This document shows positions 58,761 through 64,000 of a stretch of DNA of 64,000 nt, one piece after another. The notes beneath the pieces were generated by a model. That model was not told where the DNA came from. It did no database searches and saw only the letters and a program-made list of their open reading frames with translations. Position numbers and translations under genes: made by a program. The stretch lies in contig CAZHTP010000003.1 of the NCBI GenBank assembly GCA_964535655.1, forward strand, positions 1,186-65,185. The letters are read 5' to 3'. Each line of letters opens with the position of its first letter. Within the stretch, counting starts at the first letter, position 1. Source of the stretch: an uncultured Gammaproteobacteria bacterium. GTDB taxonomy: Bacteria; Patescibacteriota; Microgenomatia; JALYQM01.

Positions 58761-58879
58761 GTGAGTGATTATTGAACATTATACGGCATAAGTCAATTGC
58801 AAATTGTCACCGCGCATAAATATGCTAAAATAATTTTTATGCAGACTACAGAATCCCTTTATATCGCCTCTTAGATGGC

Positions 58880-59234
58880 ATGTTCCTGCGCGGGGTGGGG
58901 AATGTCGGCGCTTCAGTGTATGGAGTAGATGTCAATGAAGCCATTATCTCATCTCAGCATGATCCTCGATTACAAGTAATGTCGGGAACGGCCCTACAAT
59001 TTCCGGATTCAAGCTTTGATACTGTTTATAGTTTTGAACTTATTGAACATATTCCTGAAATAAAAGCCTATTTTAGCGAAGTTTCGCGGGTGTTAAAAAA
59101 TCATGGAAAACTGATTGTTTCATTTCCTTAGCTTTCTCCAGAAAAAATAAAAGGATTTCTTGAAGGAACTGCTCTTCACATTGAGTCAAGTCGCGTGCTT
59201 TTTGCGCCTTTTCCTACGTATCTGATGATTCTCA
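58880..59234 (+). pseudogene. Decayed class I SAM-methyltransferase remnant (lacks motif I; in-frame amber stop)
   Basis: 'VYSFELIEHIPEIKAYFSEVSRVLKNHGKLIVSFP' then TAG, then the in-frame continuation 'LSPEKIKGFLEGTALHIESSRVLFAPFPTYLMILTKQ'. Confidence 0.45.
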
Positions 59235-60338
59235 CTAAGCAATAAATTCGACTGCGTGTTCGATTTGGCTAATTAAATCTGATATTCCCTCTCTATTCTG
59301 AACTGAAATAAAGACGGGATGATATTCATTATATATATGTTGAAGTTCGCTTTTGTCTTTAGTCATGACTCCGTCAATTTTATTAAAAACATAGATTTTC
59401 TTTTTATCGCTAACTCCCAGTTCATTTAAAATAGATTCAACCGCATGAATTTTTTCTTCTAGTTTCTCGTCGGTGCTATCGATTACATGCAACAGGACAT
59501 TAGCATTTACTGATTCCATTAGTGTCGATTTGAAAGCATCAATTAACTGTGGAGGTAAGTTCTGAATAAAACCAATGGTGTCGGATATGAGAATTTGTGA
59601 CTGAAGTCCTGGGAGATATACCTGCCCTACCGCACTGTCCAGAGTCGCAAAGAGTGCGTTTTCCACTAATTTCTGTTTTTTGGTGAGTAAATTAAATAAT
59701 GATGTTTTCCCTGCGTTGGTGTACCCGACAATTGAAGCTGTTTTTAAACCAATTTCCTTACGTCTCTCGAGTTGTTTCTCTCGTTCAGCATTTAATTTTT
59801 TGAGTTTATCCTCTGTTTGCTTTATTTCGCGTTGCCAATGACGTTTCATTAATTCCGTATTTGTTTCACCTATACCTCGCGTGCCGATTCCACCACCCTG
59901 CCTGGAAAGCACTGATCCTAAGCCGAACATGCGTGGACCCATATGCCGCATGTGAGCTAAGTCTATTTGTAATTTGGCTTCTGCCGTATTCGCATGTTTT
60001 GAAAAAATATTTAAGATCAAGTCGACACGATCCCATACTGCGACATCTTCGCGCGTTTCTGTAATGAGTCTTTGCAAATTATATTTTTGGGTAGGCTTAA
60101 CAACCGCATTTAGTACAATTGCGTTAATTTTCTCGGACTTTATGAGATCTTTAATTTCATCTGCTTTTCCTTTGCCTACAAATGTATCATGATCAGGCTC
60201 GTCTCTGCGCTGTAACACCTTCACTATTGTGGCCCCACCAAACGTTGTAACAAGAGACATTACTTCTTCTAAGCCTTTTTCCGTCTGCTCTTTATCCATT
60301 TTCGACGGAACTAAATTAACTAAAATAAATCTTTCCAT
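59235..60338 (-). CDS. hflX: GTPase HflX
   Basis: HflX N-terminal domain plus G1 'GYTNAGKTSLFN', G3 'DTIGF', G4 'NKID'. Confidence 0.8.
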   Translation of the reverse strand: MERFILVNLVPSKMDKEQTEKGLEEVMSLVTTFGGATIVKVLQRRDEPDHDTFVGKGKADEIKDLIKSEKINAIVLNAVVKPTQKYNLQRLITETREDVAVWDRVDLILNIFSKHANTAEAKLQIDLAHMRHMGPRMFGLGSVLSRQGGGIGTRGIGETNTELMKRHWQREIKQTEDKLKKLNAEREKQLERRKEIGLKTASIVGYTNAGKTSLFNLLTKKQKLVENALFATLDSAVGQVYLPGLQSQILISDTIGFIQNLPPQLIDAFKSTLMESVNANVLLHVIDSTDEKLEEKIHAVESILNELGVSDKKKIYVFNKIDGVMTKDKSELQHIYNEYHPVFISVQNREGISDLISQIEHAVEFIA

Positions 60339-60398
60339 TATCCTATTATACCGTAAAAGATATCACCTTTTTGCTTGTAGCCTAGGAATTGGAATATA

Positions 60399-61808
60399 TC
60401 ACTTTTTGACATACAGATAGATGTATTTATTTCCTGTAAAGACATTATTATACTTAGGATCTTTTTCTAGTTTACCCATAACATCAATTACAACTTGCTT
60501 ATCGGTTCCATAAAAATTATTAATATTTTGGCTTTCGGAGAGGTCGAGAACTACTACTTTGGGAGATTTCCCTTCATAATTCATAGTAGTTAAGAAAGCT
60601 TCATCAGTTCTATTTACCAAATACGGCAAAATATTATTTTGTGCCATCACACTCCCGGATTTAGGAACGACACGAAGCGCATTGAATAAGGAAGATCTTG
60701 GGTTCAATTCATGCCAGAAGGTTTTGTTTACTGCGAGATTTATTGGCGATCCGGTAATTTTCCTTGCTACATAGAATGAGATGAGCAGTACATACAAAGA
60801 AAAGGCATATTCTGGAAAAGCATTGTTTTTAGTCCATTTTTGGATATTTTTTATTCCATATGTTGTGGCAAGGGCTAAATATACTCCCAACAAAACATTA
60901 TAATGTTGCCCTAGGCTTATATTATTAAAAATTGTGGTGTTAGGTACTAAGCGTTGCGCCAGTTCAGTGATTATGGGGATTAGCCCAACCCCTGAAATTA
61001 GCGGAAGATAGCCAAAAGAAAGCAGAGAGTTGTTCATTAACCGTATCTTTGATTCTGAATTTACAAAATTTTGAGCAATTTTAAGTGGTGAATAGGGAAT
61101 ATTAGGCGAATAGATATAGGATTGATGGGCGAAATATGGAATGGCGATTTTCACCGCGAAGAGAAAATACAGGATAGAAAAAGCAAACATGACAGCAATT
61201 GATCTGCGTTTTTCCTGAAGTATTGTGAAAGCAAAAATAAACAACGCAAGGATACTCATTGCATTACTTTCTTTTAGAGAAAGAAATAGCACTAGAGCTA
61301 CAAATGTGGTTTTTTCCCTATTCGTAAAAGCAAGAAAGTAATAAAAAAGTAGCACAAGAAATGCCGCAGTTAGTTCGGGATGCCAATCGGTAACTAACGG
61401 GTTTTCTGTTCCAGCAAAAAGCATGTAGACTATCGCTCCGATAAGGCAGGTACTATAGCGAAGTCCTAATTTCTGAGCAATTTTATAGAGAAGAAATCCT
61501 GACGCCACTAATGCAGCCGCTTGCTCAATCAGTAGTATGCGTAAATCTGAAGTTATCCAGAAAAGAGGAGCAAGCAATGCTAATCCAGGGTTGAAATGAT
61601 CCCCTAGGAAAACGATTTTACCTAATACCAAGTGATTTATAACCGGTATTTGAAAGCGTGATAGTTGCCAAATGATATGAGCAAATATACCGAAGTCATA
61701 ATAAAACACTTGTCCAATGTTATATCTGTAAACTCCTATCGCGCTAAATGCGACTAAAAACGAGGCAAAAAAAAGTATCGTAATTGCATTTCGAAATTTA
61801 GTCTGCAT
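60399..61808 (-). CDS. Polytopic membrane protein, DUF2079-like (paralog of 65..1504)
   Basis: 469 aa. Shares the 'MAQNNILPY' C-terminal block and overall TM layout with the first gene of the window. Confidence 0.5.
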   Translation of the reverse strand: MQTKFRNAITILFFASFLVAFSAIGVYRYNIGQVFYYDFGIFAHIIWQLSRFQIPVINHLVLGKIVFLGDHFNPGLALLAPLFWITSDLRILLIEQAAALVASGFLLYKIAQKLGLRYSTCLIGAIVYMLFAGTENPLVTDWHPELTAAFLVLLFYYFLAFTNREKTTFVALVLFLSLKESNAMSILALFIFAFTILQEKRRSIAVMFAFSILYFLFAVKIAIPYFAHQSYIYSPNIPYSPLKIAQNFVNSESKIRLMNNSLLSFGYLPLISGVGLIPIITELAQRLVPNTTIFNNISLGQHYNVLLGVYLALATTYGIKNIQKWTKNNAFPEYAFSLYVLLISFYVARKITGSPINLAVNKTFWHELNPRSSLFNALRVVPKSGSVMAQNNILPYLVNRTDEAFLTTMNYEGKSPKVVVLDLSESQNINNFYGTDKQVVIDVMGKLEKDPKYNNVFTGNKYIYLYVKK

Positions 61809-61844
61809 TTTCTTAATTATACCTTTTTTGTATACTAAAGGCAG

Positions 61845-62864
61845 ATGAAGAACCCGATTATTATTATCTTACTTGTTTTATTGGGATTTACCTGCACTTT
61901 CTTTACCGGATTTTATGTGCATGCAATGCTACAGACCGAACGGCATACGCCAAACAGGATTCCTACTCCTTCAGCTCCTGAAGCAACCGGCAGCGCGGGT
62001 ATTTCAACTCAGTTTTTGCCCGATACTTTTTATTTTGACGATACCGCTATCTTCGTAACTAAGAACGAACCCCATTATTCTGTTGCAGCTACAGTTAACC
62101 GATCACAGGTTACTAGCGGATACTCCCAATCAACCCGAATAAGTTATTTTGATGGGAATAATTGGATACGAAAAACAGCAAATAACGCAACCCGGGATTC
62201 TAGGATGGTGAAGAATTCTCTTCTCAAAAAATGGGATATTGTTACTGACCCTTCGCGAGTACTCAAAGAATCTATTACCGGCTCTTTTATGCTTGATGGC
62301 ACAGCTATAGATTTTGAAACAGGCTCGATTACCAACGAGATCGGAATGAGAAGCTTACCTGGCTATACAAAATTTATGTCACGCGGTACTGGATTTCTTA
62401 GCCTTAATGGCAAAAAATATGCCGCACATGTGTTGTATACTCGAATATACTCTCTTAATGCTCATGACATTCAGTTTTATGATACTCCCCTTGGACTTAC
62501 AACTGATTGGGTAGCATTTTGGGGTACTGACGGTAATTTTTATCATATAGATAAAACTAGTGTTGGTAAACCTACTGAGAAATATCAAACACATGAAATT
62601 GCAGTCCTTGAGGATCCTCAAGGACGTGTCGCAAAGACGTTTACCATTGATTCCGCGTATGATGTTCCTACTTCACCTCAATTGTTTTCTTATAATTTGC
62701 ATGACCCATTGAATGTGCAACTTTCATTACAAATGAAAAATCAATTCAATAAGTACCCCAGTACGCCTTATACCTGGTTTATGGGTCAAATAACAGGAAG
62801 CGTGACAAAATCTGACGGGTCGAAGTCAACCGGGTTTGGCTTGGTTGAATATATACACGACTAA
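61845..62864 (+). CDS. Membrane-anchored/secreted hypothetical protein
   Basis: N-terminal TM, then 310-aa beta-rich domain. No motif recognised. Confidence 0.4.
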   Translation: MKNPIIIILLVLLGFTCTFFTGFYVHAMLQTERHTPNRIPTPSAPEATGSAGISTQFLPDTFYFDDTAIFVTKNEPHYSVAATVNRSQVTSGYSQSTRISYFDGNNWIRKTANNATRDSRMVKNSLLKKWDIVTDPSRVLKESITGSFMLDGTAIDFETGSITNEIGMRSLPGYTKFMSRGTGFLSLNGKKYAAHVLYTRIYSLNAHDIQFYDTPLGLTTDWVAFWGTDGNFYHIDKTSVGKPTEKYQTHEIAVLEDPQGRVAKTFTIDSAYDVPTSPQLFSYNLHDPLNVQLSLQMKNQFNKYPSTPYTWFMGQITGSVTKSDGSKSTGFGLVEYIHD

Positions 62865-62890
62865 TATGTAAGAGGCGTTGATTCTTTCAT

Positions 62891-63280
62891 TTAAAAAAGT
62901 GGACGGGCTGGATTTTCAATTTTTAATATAACTGTGACTAGTACTGCGATTATTATTAAGCTACCTAAAATAACCACTATTGTTCGCTTTAAAGATTTTT
63001 TAGTTAAGCTACTCCAAAGAGCACCAATTGATACTGCTGGTATTGAGAGCCCACCTATAAGTGCAGCAACAATCTTTGCAATGGGAATTAAAATTAAGGC
63101 TGGAAGAAAAATCACCGCGTGAGCATGCCTGGGGAATAGGAAGAATAAACTTATAATTGCAATTGATAATAGTAGTTTATTCTTCATATCGGTATTATAG
63201 TAGCATGAAACCACAAAATCCAGCTTCACCAACAGATCAATTTTATAGCGGTGGATTAGCGGAAACCGTTTCAAAACCAA
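62891..63280 (-). CDS. Small membrane protein
   Basis: 129 aa, 3-4 TM helices. Confidence 0.3.
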   Translation of the reverse strand: MVLKRFPLIHRYKIDLLVKLDFVVSCYYNTDMKNKLLLSIAIISLFFLFPRHAHAVIFLPALILIPIAKIVAALIGGLSIPAVSIGALWSSLTKKSLKRTIVVILGSLIIIAVLVTVILKIENPARPLF

Positions 63281-64000
63281 CTCGCCTTACCTATTCATTT
63301 CTTGCTCACTGGTTCTGTGGTAAACGTAGCCTTGGAATTGCAATGCGAAAACTCGGGTTACCTTGTGAAGAAACTGCCGAACCACTTGTTGTAATGCATG
63401 AAGGGGACCTTTTGGTGGATTTAAAAGCTGAAGAGAAAACGCTTTATTCACAAACTGTTTTTAGGTATAAAAAACAAGAACAATTTCATGCACTTCCTGT
63501 TCTTCAAATCGCTTATGAACGACTATTCTCGCCACGCTGTTTACTTAATACTATTAAAATAGTTTTGTACCAATCGCAATTAATCTCTGATCCTCAGAAA
63601 TATATCGCACTTTCTAAAGGGTATATTGCCCACATGCCAAGTAATTTGCATAGCACTTCTCTTCGCGATATTGATCGCGTGCTAACTGAGGAAATATGGC
63701 CGGCAGTTATTGGAATTGGTGCTCTTTGTGAATTTTATTCGCGGCTCCTTGAACAAGCCGTTCCTAATCAACGTGAATATGCCGCCATTCTTTCGTATAT
63801 AGGATCGCGTGTTTGTGTTAATGATTGGTTCTTTACTTCATTGTCTCATCAAGCTAAAGTACGCTTGGGTAAGATGTCTTTTGAAGAATATCTCGAACAT
63901 TACGGAATTCGAGCACGGAAAGATTATGAGATAAGTTGCCCTCGTTGGTATGAAGAACGGGAACACATTTATTCACAAATCAAAGATACTAACAGTAAAG
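63205..64000 (+). CDS. Partial CDS (runs off window end): possible PEP-utilising/pyruvate-phosphate-dikinase N-terminal-domain protein
   Basis: Open frame from ATG 63205 to the window edge with no stop, which probably explains its absence from the ORF track. 'GKMSFEEYLEHYGIRARKDYEISCPRWYEE' resembles the PPDK_N/PEP synthase nucleotide-binding domain. Confidence 0.35.
   Translation, partial: MKPQNPASPTDQFYSGGLAETVSKPTRLTYSFLAHWFCGKRSLGIAMRKLGLPCEETAEPLVVMHEGDLLVDLKAEEKTLYSQTVFRYKKQEQFHALPVLQIAYERLFSPRCLLNTIKIVLYQSQLISDPQKYIALSKGYIAHMPSNLHSTSLRDIDRVLTEEIWPAVIGIGALCEFYSRLLEQAVPNQREYAAILSYIGSRVCVNDWFFTSLSHQAKVRLGKMSFEEYLEHYGIRARKDYEISCPRWYEEREHIYSQIKDTNSK

Overview
This is a low-GC (~38%), gene-dense bacterial window in which most genes lie on the minus strand. 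Part 1: the housekeeping backbone includes pyrD, a kbl-tdh threonine-degradation pair, trehalase, ProRS, HflX, MsrB, a cyclophilin, a Kef-type antiporter, and a Fur-family regulator divergently arranged with a Zn/Mn ABC importer. There is also a crtI-crtB-UbiA-GT2 carotenoid operon with TetR and TspO. Part 2: three accessory regions stand out. (1) An intact tRNA-His (G-1 encoded) is followed by a perfect 154-bp direct repeat (14163-14316 and 25893-26046). The repeats bracket ~11.7 kb, and a degenerate tRNA-3'-like third copy sits internally at 18721-18796, which suggests two tandem insertions with no integrase left. Segment A carries an overlapping AAA+ ATPase and S8 subtilase pair that resembles the ietAS two-gene anti-phage module. 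Segment B carries an unusual nucleotide-metabolism-like cassette: a GreA-like factor, a SAM methyltransferase, a GHMP kinase, a P-loop kinase, two tandem Ham1/ITPase-like genes and two tandem paralogous ~370-aa unknowns. (2) A small unit holds two Nudix hydrolases, a short pyrophosphatase-like protein and a papain-like peptidase, flanked by an imperfect 'CCAGCCACTG(A/C)CCCCAA' repeat. (3) A GC-elevated (~45-50%) radical SAM cassette follows: an N-terminally extended SPASM rSAM, a B12-binding rSAM and an APH-like kinase, with a 23-aa Cys-containing small ORF at its 5' edge. Other observations are a Gly/Ala-rich protein with 11-residue periodicity next to a cupredoxin, three frameshifted genes at homopolymer or AT-rich sites, a decayed methyltransferase remnant, structured intergenic regions and a Zur-box-like palindrome. 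No CRISPR array, rRNA or recognisable transposase or integrase is present. All functional calls come from reading motifs by eye; no database search was possible.
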